NCBI GenBank assembly: GCA_951406725.2
Contig: OX597831.1
Location: forward strand, 71,300,001-71,364,000
Reading direction: 5' to 3'
From: Octopus vulgaris
Lineage: Eukaryota
Length of the DNA stretch: 64,000 nt
Part shown: positions 50,622-64,000 of the stretch, in pieces
Layout of the letters: each line of letters opens with the position of its first letter
Position numbering within the stretch: the stretch's first letter is position 1
Notes under the pieces: generated by a model
Seen by the model: only the letters and a program-made list of their open reading frames with translations
The model's database searches: none
Told to the model about the DNA's origin: nothing
Program-made: the position numbers and the translations under genes

Positions 50622-53228
50622 TTTTACATTGTCCAGTTGCTTATAGTTTTCTATAGTTTTCTAGTTAATGTGAGATATTTGCAACATCACATATAATGTT
50701 CTGAAGCCTCCACCTAGAGCAGGGTGAAATTACATCTGTGTAATAGTCACATCTATCCTTCGAGGGATTTCTCCTTCTAATGGTTCAGTAAAGACAGTGC
50801 TAAATGCTGTGCCCTCTGGGTAATGGTTCAACCACTTCCCTACTGAAAGTTCTAATCAACAACAAAATATATTTTCAATTATTATATTATTTTAGGTTCC
50901 AAATAAATTGGTAAAATTTTTCTTTATTTCGGCCTTGTTTCTTTTTCATTTTTGTCAAAGAAAATAAATTTCTAGAAAAGAAAACAAAAAAAATATCAGT
51001 TAACACATTCAGACAAAATTAAAAACGTGAGAAGCTCAGCAGGCAGCCTTGTGTGTTGTGCCATCTCTTGCCACCTCTTTTATATTACATCTGCATTTCT
51101 TCTACTACCTATCAGCTAAATAATCAGAGAAAGTGTGTGCGTGAGAGAGAGAGAGAGTTATGGAGAGAGATGGTGAAAGCATTCAGTTGTGTCAGATCAT
51201 TGTTGACAAACAAAGAACTTATTTGATGGATGTCTATAATGTCTATTGGCAATTCAATCTAAGTAATTGAAGTAAAGAAAAAGAATGTGTGTATAAACAT
51301 ACATATACACACATATATTTCTATTCATATATATAATTACATACGTATGTGTGGATATATATATATATATATACACATATAAACTCATACCCACACACAC
51401 ACACACATATATATATATACATATGTACATACATACATACATACATACATACATACATACACACACTCATTTAGTAATGTATATTAAAATTGTTTTACCT
51501 TGTGAAAACATCTAACAGAGGACACAATATGTTGGGTATAGTAGATAGATATGTTTATTTGAAAATTTAGCAGTCTACTTTACATTTTGCTCCAGGCTGG
51601 GCTGTCTACAGCTGTCAGTCAATGAAAGTGGAGATAATTTCAATATATCAAGAATTTATTTGGTATTTAATATGCTCTTATTCATCTTTGCTGTTCAAAT
51701 ACATGCCACTGGCTACCCTGAGTTATTTCTCTTCCTTCATTTTTGTTTCGTTTATGCAAATTTTGCATACGTCTATGTGTCCAGCCTGTTACAGATCAGG
51801 TAGGTCAGCTACTGTGCTGATGATGGCTATTGAGGTAGAAAGAGATCATTTTCATTATATAGTATGTGTTATGGAAATGCCTTCCTTGGGCCCATTAGAC
51901 CCTGATGATCACACACATACATGCATACGCATATACATGGATATATCATCATCATCACCATTATCATCATCATCAGCTTCATCATTTAATGTCTATTTTC
52001 CAGCTGTTATGGGTTGGATGGTTTGATTTGATCCACGAGCCAGAGGACAGTGTTGAGCCTCAATGTCTATGGTTTATATGGCTGGATGCCCTCCTTAGTA
52101 TCAACCAGTTTACAGAGTGTACTTGGTGTTTTATTCTTGAAACTAGCATGAGTGAGGTTGCCTAGAAAAAGAAGAAGGCTCTTCAACTGATTAAATTTGT
52201 AGTAGAGAAGGACGTGGCTGTATGCTGGGTGTTGAGAGGTTAAAGTATGATTGAAGGACAGGTATAAGTGTCTTACTATAAAAGAGATAGATGGCTACCT
52301 TGCATTATATAGACGTAAGCAAAAGTAGCTGGAAAGATTGTGAGAGGAGAGTAACAGATGGTTAGGGACGAGAGAAGAGGTTAATGTAATAAATGATATA
52401 CATTGGTAGAGGTGTGGTTGGTAGTAAATATCAGTATGAAGAAGAAGGTTAAAAAAATAGTTCAGGATGAAGAGGGATAAGTGGCAGTATAGGATGGGGT
52501 GGAAAGCAGCCTATAGAAAGATCTAAAAGGAGAGATAGAGAGAGATATACAGGAACAGAGATGACTGACACAGGTAGAAGATACTGACAACAGATTTGGG
52601 GAAGCATAAGGGGGTGATTGCAGACATGAGATGGTGTAGCTTAGAAGAGAGAAAGAGTTAACTGGAGGCACAGAATGGCATAATCAGAGGAAAATGAAGT
52701 GTAAAGAAATTATATTGAGTACGAGGGATGAGACATATGGAGCATGAAAGAGGGAATTAAATATGTGAAGATTCTACTTTCATATGATAACAGCAGCTGG
52801 AAATGGCAATTGTTAGAGATTCTATGGAGGGATGTGTGTTAGAAAGATGAGATGTAGGGAAAATCTGATGGTGACAGACCAGATGAGGGGCAAGGAGCCA
52901 TTGTCTGTAGAGACATGAACCTAATGCTTTTAAGAACTCCCTTTCACTATGATGGCCAGATCTTATTAAGCTCAACAAAATGCCAATCATCTCAGTTCTT
53001 GTCTGTCTATGACTGCATTGTGTGATGTGTCCTTCCATATTCTAAATGTTAAGATTGAATTTGAGAACAACTTCAATATTTTTATCAAATCAAGTGACTC
53101 CTTGTTTGCTTGTGAAAATTGCATTATGCTTAATTGAGATAACTATTTACAGCTAGATCATTTGACTGAGTATTTTATAGTTAACCCTCTCTGCCTCAGA
53201 TGCTGAATATTGCAAGTCATCTGTTATA

Positions 53229-53627
53229 TCTTTATATATAAAAGAGAGGTTGTGTGTCTGTCTCCTACGATTTAGATTCCTAACTACTCCCACATTTTGC
53301 AGTGCAGTTTAACCAAAACCGGGTATCTTATAGTCGTGATTCATATCGAGCCCTTCTGAGTATTAGCGCACATCTACGATGAGTCTATGATTTTAAAAAA
53401 ATTTACCATCATTTTTTTCCATTTTAATGCATTTTTTCACTATTATATAAGGGAAGTAACTCTCTAAAAATGTCTACGATGAGTCAACGATTTAAAAAAA
53501 ATTTACCATCATTTTTTTTCCATTTTTAATGCATTTTTTTGCTTTTTTTTTTTGGCTATAACTCTCTAACAATGGTTATATAGTTATTTCCCTTACAAAC
53601 CCAAACAACGCCGGGCGATACTGCTAG
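53229..53627 (+). mobile_element. Non-autonomous Helitron
   Basis: A|TCtttatatataaaa ... cccaaacaacgccgggcgatactgCTAG|T: canonical termini and AT target. Confidence 0.85.
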
Positions 53628-54196
53628 TATGCAATAAATTAGTATTGTTTTCCCATTAAACTTACCATTTCTCTCAGCTTTGCTATATATATTGTGTCAG
53701 ATCTAGTTTACATGAAACATTATTGCTGAAACATAAGCTACAGGAAATGGCAAAGGTCAGGTCATTACAATATATGAAGAAAAGTAAAGCATTCATTTTC
53801 TTCATCTCTGATCATGGAATGAATTATTCAAAATGAAACCTTAAATGCAAACAATATCATGTTTAACAAAGGTCAATGTATCTAGTGGAAAAACCAGGAA
53901 ATTACTCATTAGAGAACTCTTCTAATCAAACATTTAAAACTGGTAATGAGCTTTTAAACTGACAAAAGATTATTAGCTTATTTCAGTGACACATTCCCCC
54001 AATCCTAGTTACTGCTCTGCTCCTATTTGCATATCATAATGATTTCCTTATTCTCTACACTTGTTGTTTGATTTAAAACTTTTTATTTAATGATTTGAGT
54101 TCATATATCTGAGACAGTGCAGAAGCTACTTTCTTCCCCCCCCCTCTCACACACACATATTCTAGATTATTTTAGATTATGTCCAGACACAGGGGC

Positions 54197-55632
<1,436 letters not shown>

Positions 55633-55829
55633 ATGCATTCAGTTTATTGGGAAAAAGCAGTTGTCATGAACTCACCGATGTATTATGTCTGTTTTTCCCA
55701 AAACTACAATGGTTTCTGCTTTTATGAATTGGTATACACTGTGTACCATCACTATACTATCAGTATTTCAGTTTGATACTTTTGGTTTGGTCGTTCTCCC
55801 AGGTGTTTCAATGATTCCATGTGAGCCCA

Positions 55830-56431
55830 CCTATTTCTTTACTACCCACAATGGGCTAAGCACAGAGGGGACAAACAAGGACAGACACACAGATTAAGTC
55901 GATTACATCGACCTCAGTGCGTAACTGGTACTTATTTAATCAACACCGAAAGGATAAAAAGCAAAGTCGACCTCGGCGGAATTTGAACTCAGAACGTAGC
56001 GGCAGACGAAATACCTATTTCTTTACTACCCACAAGGGACTAAACACAGAGGGGACAAACAAGGACAGACACACGGATTAAGTCGATTACATCGACCCCA
56101 GTGCGTAACTGGTACTTATTTAATCGACCCCAAAAGGATAAAAGGCAAAGTCGACCTCGGCGGAATTTGAACTCAGAATGTAGCGGCAGATGAAATACCT
56201 ATTTCTTTACTACCCACAAGGGGCTAAACACAGAGGGGACAAACAAGGACAGACACACGGATTAAGTCGATTACATCGACCCCAGTGCGTAACTGGTACT
56301 TATTTAATCGACCTCGAAAGGATACAAGGCAAAGTCGACCTCGGCGGAATTTGAACTCAGAATGTAACGGCAGACGAAATACTGCTAAGCATTTCGCCTG
56401 GCATGCTAACGTTTCTACCAGCTCGCCGCCC
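55830..56431 (-). mobile_element. SINE family B head-to-tail trimer (184-bp period) with one TSD
   Basis: Units start at 55830, 56014 and 56198 with a single head. Flanked by catgtgagc(c/a)cacc. Confidence 0.9.
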
Positions 56432-56434
56432 TAA

Positions 56435-57150
56435 CATGTGAGCACACCGTCCATCATGGTCCCCCATGAATGTTCATAATTTGTCAACATTTGCCATTCC
56501 TCTGTCCTGAAGGAAGTTGTCTACATGCATTTGGTTCTTCCTTCAACTGAATGCCATAAGACCATTTGACACACACGTTCTTCTGGGTGTCTGATGCAGT
56601 GACCAGCAGTTCTCAGTCTTCTCTGCTGAATCTTCTCAGTCTCTTGGGTAGATATTGATAAAGCTGTTTGTTTGTTTGTTCATTGTGCTAAGCGGTCTCT
56701 GTCCCAGTGGGAGAAGTCCGAAACGTGGTCCTTTGCTATTTGTAAGACCCGCAGAAGAGAAAGCCGGTCAACCCCCGACACCGAGAGCATCGACAGATGG
56801 CTGAATGCTCATCCAGGCTCAGCGGTTGTGTAGGAAGTCGGGGACAAGAAATAGGAGAAAAAGTGAGAGAAAATTGGAGCGAAAGAGTACAACAGGTGTT
56901 GCCACCACCCCACCTCCCGTCGAAGCCTTGTAGAGCTTTAGGTGTTTTCGCTCAATAAACACACACAATACCCGGCCTGGGAATCGAAACCGCGATCCGA
57001 CCGTGGGTCTGCTGCCCTTACCACTGGGCCATTGTGCCTCCACTGATAAAGCTGCTCATTGGTTAAAGGCACTCTCCATGTAACATTCAGAGCCATTCTT
57101 AACATTCTTGTGTAGCAGCCATCAATTTGTTTTCCAAGTTTCAACACTGT
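56435..57150 (-). mobile_element. RTE LINE fragment interrupted by a SINE
   Basis: Minus frame IDGCYTRMLRMALNVTWRVPLTNEQLY continues after the insertion as ..EKIQQRRLRTAGHCIRHPEE. Confidence 0.8.
56667..57043 (-). mobile_element. tRNA-derived SINE (family E) with 11-bp TSD
   Basis: Head tggcccagtggtaagg...gtttcgattccc and (caaa)n tail. TSD tgataaagctg at 56656-56666 and 57044-57054. Confidence 0.9.
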
Positions 57151-58188
57151 ATAACAAAACTGGAGACAAACAACCTAATTTTCAATTTCATACCATCTTG
57201 GAACTCCAGGTTTTGCACATTTTGTGACACACACTCCAACCCACTCAATAAACCTGCTTCATTTCCTCTTCTCATTCCTTACCCCACCCCCACCTCAAAA
57301 AATCAGAACTACTGTGCTCTAGACCTCTTTATTTCCTGCCAACACTTACTGACACCCTTCCACAAAATTGCTGCTACATTATTCTGTGACTATCTACAAA
57401 GGCTGTTTTGAGAGGAAATAAATCAAATAAACATTGTACTTATTTGCCTAATTGTTTATGAATCATATTTTCTAAGTGAATTCCTTTAGAAATAAAAAAA
57501 GCTACATAAAGGATTCCACACAAGTTAGAATCTTATCATCACCCTTAAAACCTCTTCCATATTGATGAATTCTTTTCTCTCAGATAATTGTAACTCTTGG
57601 GAGCATAACTGTTTAGGATCGGATCACCGGGGAAACTTTTGTACATCATTGTTTCTTGACGTTTCATCAAGATCCACTTAACTCATCTTCCTAAGATGCT
57701 TGGTATATGTATATATATATTTAAGCAGGTGTGTGTGTGTGTATGTATGTGTGTGTGTGTAAGTATGTGTGTGTGTGTAAAGACAGAAGAAAAAGTCATC
57801 ATCATCATCATCATTGTTATCATTTAACATCTATTTTCCAAACTGACATGGGTCAGATGGTTTGACATGAGTTGGTAAGGCCAGGGGCTGTACTATGTTC
57901 CATTATCTGTTTTGGCATGATTTCAACTGCTGAATGCCCTTCCTAGTGCCAACCACTTTACAGAGTGTAGTTGATGCTTTTTATGTGGCACCAGCACCAG
58001 TGCACTTTGTTACTCCTCTAAATTTCCCATTTTCTGTTTTCAGAGAGCCAAATATATTTTTCTTTGGTCAGTGCTACCTCATTGATTAACTGCTGCTCTG
58101 CATTTTGTTAGCCTTAAGGATGTCGTCTCTAATGTAATTTTTAAATATTTTGTATTATATTTGTCTTTCTGTTTTCTTGTTTATCCAG

Positions 58189-58345
58189 AGACTACACACA
58201 AAAACCTCGTTTAACAGGAACGCCTGGTGAGAAAGAATTAGTGGATAAAATCTTTAACACATGGAAGGAGAATGGCTTGACTGGCGTTGTTATCACACCA
58301 TATAGAATTCTTATGTCATATCCAAACATAACTCAACCAAATCAG
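58189..58345 (+). CDS. Internal coding exon of a glutamate carboxypeptidase II / NAALADase-like (FOLH1/NAALAD2-like) gene
   Basis: Polypyrimidine acceptor ...cttgtttatccag and donor CAG|gtaaat. Reads (R)DYTQKPRLTGTPGEKELVDKIFNTWKENGLTGVVITPYRILMSYPNITQPNQ, colinear with GCPII '[52 protein letters not shown]'. Confidence 0.92.
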
Positions 58346-58643
58346 GTAAATATTTCTACTTCCATTCAAAAGGCTTTCATTTACTTTAAGCATGATTCTT
58401 GTAAGATTAAAGAAATGAAGCACTGACTATGTAGTTAGCAGTTGAAATTTTCCTGCATACATTGTAGTAAGCCAAGAGCTTTTAAATAATTAAAATTGCA
58501 TTTTCAATGATGCAACAATAATTTTCTAACTAACTATTTTGAGTTAAAACAAGAGAAACAATTCCAAAATTTCACTTCGTTAAAATGAATTAATTATGGA
58601 ATGCAGTGGAGAGAGAGTTTGATGTTTACAGTAAGATGATAAC

Positions 58644-58682
58644 TCCAGACATGTTTCAGTGTTATTAAACCTCCTCAGGAAA
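58644..58682 (-). ncRNA. Minimal hammerhead-like motif (imperfect stems)
   Basis: Minus strand TTTC CTGAGGA GGTTT AAT AACACT GAAA CATGTC TGGAG. Confidence 0.45.
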
Positions 58683-58847
58683 GCATACTCTAACTGGAAG
58701 ATCTTAGATTACTAGAGAAGTAGACATCCTAGAGCTGCAATAATGATTAAACTGTCCTTCAACTAAAAAGTAAAAAATTGATATTCTACACTAATAGAAT
58801 ATGTCCTACTATACATGGCTAGCAAAAGAAAAGTTTTTGTACAGATA

Positions 58848-59263
58848 GGCGCAGGAGTGGCTGTGTGGTAAGTAGCTTGCTAACTAACCACATGGTTCTG
58901 GGTTCAGTCCCACTGCGTGGCATCTTGGGCAAGTGTCTTCTGCTGTAGCCCCGGGCCGACCAATGCCTTGTGAGTGGATTTGGTAGACGGAAACTGAAAG
59001 AAGCTCTTCGTATATATGTATATAGGTGTATGTATGTGTGTGTGTTTGTGTGTCTGTGTTTGTTCCCCTAGCATTGCTTGACAACCAATGCTGGCGTGTT
59101 TATGTCCCCGTCACTTAGCGGTTCAGCAAAAGAGACCGATAGAATAAGTACTGGGCTTACAAAAAATAAGTCCTTGGGTCTAGTTGCTCGACTAAAGGTG
59201 GTGCTCCAGCATGGCTGCAGTCAAATGACTGGAACAAGTAATAGAGAAAAAGAGTAAAAGAGT
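58848..59263 (+). mobile_element. SINE family A full copy
   Basis: Complete head to tail. Confidence 0.9.
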
Positions 59264-59497
59264 ATATTCAGCCTGCTAAAAACAGCTGCTATATGCCCTA
59301 CCATCTTATTTGGGAAGAACACATTAGATTGGATGATCAAACCTAGAAGGAATTAAATCATAATTCCATTTGATCAAAAGTGACTTGGGGTGGGTGGTGA
59401 GGGTAACAAACAGGGATAATGGGGTAACAACACACTTTCAACCACTGTCTTTCTTGACCAAGCAGATTGATTAATTTGTTAACTTCAGCACTGTTAA

Positions 59498-59718
59498 CCC
59501 TTTAGCATTTAAATCGGCCATATCCGGCCAAAAGTATTCTGCCTGTTTTATGTTCAAACTGGCCAGATCTGGTCTCTCAGACCAACCCTACAATATCGTT
59601 TTAAAAATTAACAGCTACCTCATCAAAATTTCATAGCTACAAGATAAGACATGATTAGTTCAAAACAATGTGGATAAAAAAGCATTAATTTTGGCAGAAT
59701 GATGCGAACACTAAAGGG
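59498..59718. mobile_element. piggyBac-type MITE
   Basis: TTAA ccctttag...ctaaaggg TTAA. Confidence 0.85.
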
Positions 59719-60342
59719 TTAATCAAGTTATGAAAGACTTTTGCCTGTGCTTCTCAGAAAGTTGGAGTTGGAGATCATTGTTAGGCTACTGCTCCATAAC
59801 TCAATACCTCCATATATACACAGAAAAATCAGAAATAGCTATTTTACTGTGGCATTATGATTCATGACGGAAAATGTTTAGTGGATGGACTTAATATTTG
59901 AAAAGCCAGGTTTTACATTTTTTTTGTCGAATGTTGTAGTTGTAGACCCATTCACGTATGTAACCAACATCTAATGTTATGGAAATGAGTTTAAAAAGAG
60001 GAATCAAAGAAAAACAGCAAACCACGCTGTTGTCAACTCATTGAAATATTCTTGATTCGATGACAGCTTAATAAAATTTTTACTTTCCCTTCTTCTAAAA
60101 GCTAAAACAATGAGATATGACATGAAGATAGATAATATCAGTTACTTAGTCATCGTAGTTTTAAATTTGATATGCATTTATTCCAAGACAGACTTATTCT
60201 AATGAAAGATCATAAAAGTAACAATGACTACATAAGAAATAAGATAGAAACACTTCTATGGAGGTGCTTGCAGAGATCACTCTAAGACTGCTGCTCCATA
60301 ATTCAGTATTCTACATAATAAAAGAAATAACTTTAGACCATA

Positions 60343-60754
60343 TTCTTTTACTCTTTTACTTGTTTCAGTCATTTGACTGCGGCCATGCTGGAGCACCGCT
60401 TTTAATCGAGCAACTCGACCCCGGGACTTATTCTTTTTTGTAAGCCCAGTACTTATTCTAGCGGTCTCTTTTGCCGAACCGCTAAGTGACGGGGACATAA
60501 GCACACCATCATCGGTTGTCGAGCAATGCTAGGGGGACAAACACAGACACACAAACATATACACCTACATACATATATATACACATATATACGACAGGCT
60601 TCTTTCAGTTTTCATCTACCAAATCCACTCACAAGGTTTTGGTCGGCCCGAGGCTATAGTAGAAGACACTTGCTCAAGGTGCCACTCAGTGGGACTGAAC
60701 CCGGAACCATGTGGTTGGTAAACAAGCTACTTACCACACAGCCACTCCTGCGCC
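60343..60754 (-). mobile_element. SINE family A full reverse copy
   Basis: Complete reverse complement of family A. Confidence 0.9.
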
Positions 60755-60759
60755 TGTTT

Positions 60760-62160
60760 AACCAATGTCACTCTGAATGCCACAGTATTCTATGTGCCCT
60801 TCTTTACAATTGTGTCTACATCAATGCATTACTTTTGCTTCCTGTCCCAAAGAGCAGTATCAGGCCTATTTTACTTACATTGGGTTGCTATTTTTATTGA
60901 AATATTCCACCATACTGGTTCTAGCGCGCCTTTGGTATGGCCATCAAGGCAATCCTTCATATAGCATTGTCTTGGCAACAGTGTAATGTATCAGAGTAAG
61001 GTAGTATCTTGCAAATAGTTTTGGATGGCTGCTGATGACATGGGTGGTATTTTTCACTCTGGTATGGCAAGCTTGACATTTTCTGTCACAATGGGGAGGT
61101 CTAAAAGCATCCTTATTGCTCTTGTTGATTAGATATTTAATAGTTATCTCCTGCTCCTGGACAACAAATGTGAGCCTTTTTCAGTAAGATGTGGTATATT
61201 TCTCCAGGAGAAGCTGCTATTCTTGTCAATGTTGTTGGTACTCTCTTGCTTCAAGGGTATATATTTATGCATTCAAGTCTCTGTTTAACCCTTCCATTAC
61301 CAGCCTGGCTGAAACCGGCTCTAGTTCTGAGTACAAATGTCTTGTTTTCATAAGTTTTAAATTAAAATCTTCCAACATACCTTAGTCACAATTTATGTTC
61401 CTAACACTAGCTGAATGATAACTAAGTTATTTTATTAAATTCTTTGTTATATTTAAAGTAATTGAAAGAAACACGGAGCATCTCAAAATAAATACAGTAA
61501 CGAAAGGGTTAAGCTGGTCAGTCCAGTAACACTTGGAGTACCTGTCCAGGAGTTTTTTTTTACCTATCTCACCATGTAATTACCTTCATTGTTAAGTGAT
61601 GTGATGCGCTCATTTCTCTCTTTACTGTCCAGTAGGTGTTGTCTAAGTGATAGGATGCAGAATCTTGACTGGCTCGGGCTCCTTCCCACACTTGTCCCTT
61701 TAACATAGATTCTGTGAGTGTCACTGTTGATGTGGAAGTTACAAGTGATTGCTAGTATATTTCTAGTCTTGATGTCCAAACTGTAGATTTCTTCAAGTGT
61801 CTAATCAAATATCCTAAACGTTGGTACTAGCACAGGCACAGTGAAAGTATTGTAGGATTTCGTTATATTGAATGCAGGCAGCTCTGACTCTCACAGCTTC
61901 TGAAGTAGTGATTTGTCTCTAGTTATACTTACAGCACCAACATATAAAATATTTTCATTTATCCTGAGGTATTTGTACTATTCATCACCAATGATAGGAA
62001 TGAAAGCCAAGCCATTGGTATCTATCTCTTTGCTTGCTTAGTAATTTATTCTTTGTTTCAGTATCAAACATGAACACTTACCCTAATCAAATCCCATTCC
62101 TTTGTCCCTTGAAAATGTTCTGACCATTTCTAAATGTCTGTGGAGTCTTGAATGTTAACT
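60760..62160 (-). mobile_element. Decayed R4/Dong-clade non-LTR retrotransposon
   Basis: Minus frames ESELPAFNITKSYNTFTVPVL...LDIKTRNILAITCNFHINSDTHRIYV, PKLFARYY...TVAK and NRPDTALWD (restriction-like endonuclease region). Confidence 0.7.
61289..61508. mobile_element. piggyBac-type MITE nested in the R4-like element
   Basis: TTAA-flanked; reverse copy of 12753-12972. Confidence 0.85.
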
Positions 62161-62175
62161 CAAGCATAGCTTTAA

Positions 62176-63258
62176 CCCTTTCGTTACTATATTTCTGACC
62201 AAAATACACCCCTCGTGAGTTTCAATTAAATTCTAAAATAATCATGAATCTAGGCTTGTTTCATTAAATAACTGTAACTTTTTTAGTTATCAACATATTA
62301 ATGTGATATTTGGAACATAATTAAAGAAAGGGTTCTTAATCAATTCTATTGCATAACTTTTGTCTCAAAGTGACTTTAATTACAGGTAAATCCAGGTAAA
62401 TTGAGCAAAAGGTAAAAATATTAAAATTTTGTTTAAACATCACCATAGAAAATGAATCATCAACTAATATTCAAATGGGTATGCAACAAAATTTTGATAA
62501 AGAAGAATTGTGCACATCACTATATCATCAGTTGAATTTAATGCACAACAGGTGTACCATAAAGGTGGAATAAAGTGAAATACAGGAATCCACCGTAAGT
62601 TTGACCGAACTAAAGAAATCGGTCAAAAAATAATATACGGCCCTGGTTATGGTATGGAAGTGATAAATTCCAGACCACATCGTTCCCTAGGCCATGCTGA
62701 CTAACATTATTTTCCCTGTATAAAACTAAATCCACGAGGTACCCAGTATTTGCTTCACAAATTTTCCGAAATTTGAACCCCCATTTTGTGTTTGTTTACA
62801 TTCTGCGTAAGTTTGTTTCCGCATTGATCGCTTCAAACAATAACTTCCAGACCACATCATACCCTAAGCCATGCTGACTAACATTAGTTTCCCTGTATAA
62901 AAATTAAATCCACAACAGTACCCAGTATTTGTTTCACAAATTTTCCGATTCAGAATCAATGCTTGATAACATGAAACTCCTATCCATTTTCAAAGTTGAA
63001 GAAAAATCGATGCCGAAAAAAATGTGGAAATAAATCTCCCAAAATTCAGGGAATTAAAATTACACGTCGATCATTGTACAAAACTGTAGATGAATTGTTT
63101 ACGAAGCATAATCACGTGTTTTCACGAATGTACTAAAGTGATTTGCTCTGATATTCTCATTTAAATATGAATAGGTAAATTCGGGCGGCTTTGGGCAGTT
63201 TGGTCACATTAACCAATATTTTTTTCGAGCTGCTTTGGGCAGTTTGGTAACGAAAGGG
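62176..63258. mobile_element. About 1.1-kb non-autonomous piggyBac-type element
   Basis: TTAA ccctttcgttac ... gtaacgaaaggg TTAA. Internal ~100-bp direct repeat near 62668 and 62845; subterminal gctttgggcagtttggt twice. Confidence 0.8.
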
Positions 63259-63355
63259 TTAAGTCATCAACAAGAAAGATGTTGGTGATATTAATTTTTT
63301 TTCCTATGCCGATCATATCATATAACCTTTGTATTTACTTAACAGTGCTTACGTA

Positions 63356-64000
63356 GGACTCACTGCTAGGATAAAAAGTAATGTAGATGGACTCACTGCT
63401 AGGACAAAAAGTAATATAGATGGACTCACTGCTAGGACAAAATGTAATATAGATGGACTCACTGCTAGGACAAAAAGTAATATTGATGGACTCACTGCTA
63501 GGATAAAAAGTAATATAGATGGACTCACTGCTAGGACAAAAAGTAATGTAGATGGACTCACTGCTAGGACAAAAAGTAATGTAGATGGACTCACTGCTAG
63601 GACAAAAAGTAATATAGATGGACTCACTGCTAGGACAAAAAGTAATATAGATGGACTCACTGCTAGGACAAAAAGTAATATAGATGGACTCACTGCTAGG
63701 ACAAAAAGTAATATAGATGGACTCACTGCTAGGACAAAAAGTAATGTAGATGGACTCACTGCTAGGACAAAAAGTAATGTAGATGGACTCACTGCTAGGA
63801 CATAATGTAGATGGACTCACTGCTAGGACAAAAAGTAATATAGATGGACTCACTGCTAGGACAAAAAGTAATGTAGATGGACTCACTACTAGGACAAAAA
63901 GTAATGTAGATGGACTCACTGCTAGGACAAAAAGTAATGTAGATGGACTCACTGCTAGGACAAAAAGCAATATAGATGGACTCACTGCTAGGACAAAAAG
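63356..64000. repeat. 33-bp minisatellite, about 19-20 units, running off the window end
   Basis: Unit gatggactcactgctaggacaaaaagtaat(a/g)ta; one unit near 63802 lacks 5 bp. Confidence 0.95.

Noticed and set aside
57655-57697. Minus-strand GAAACGTC with an upstream GAAGATGA
   Set aside because: No CTGANGA core and poor stems; too degenerate to call.
58848-58920. tRNA-like sequences at SINE heads
   Set aside because: A and B boxes are present but they are fused to SINE bodies with no complete cloverleaf, so they are not tRNA genes.
63329-63985. 158-aa and 216-aa repeat ORFs
   Set aside because: By-products of a 33-bp unit; the frame is broken by a 5-bp deletion and the array cannot continue the NAALADase frame.

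Overview
AT-rich, repeat-dense eukaryotic DNA. The SINE families and microsatellite style suggest an octopod/coleoid cephalopod, which is an inference. Two short + strand exons (3318-3380 and 58189-58345) splice in phase into an N-terminal part of an M28B glutamate carboxypeptidase II/NAALADase (FOLH1/NAALAD2-like) protein, so most of the window appears to be one ~54.8 kb intron. The non-exonic DNA contains at least four tRNA-derived SINE families plus a (CAT)n-tailed SINE-like family, and decayed RTE, CR1/L2-like and R4/Dong LINEs. It also holds a decayed Gypsy element, Penelope-like element (PLE) remnants, Helitrons, piggyBac-type MITEs, a probable hAT, a mariner fragment, microsatellites and a 33-bp minisatellite. 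The most notable hidden layer is about 11 hammerhead-ribozyme-like motifs, mostly minimal type-I. One sits inside a compact inverted-repeat element, two have a U3:A8 core swap, and one family has U at core position 6. Other signals are several foldback structures and SINE multimers with a fixed junction inside a single TSD. All folds and alignments were done by eye, repeat coordinates are approximate, and no ribozyme activity is demonstrated.
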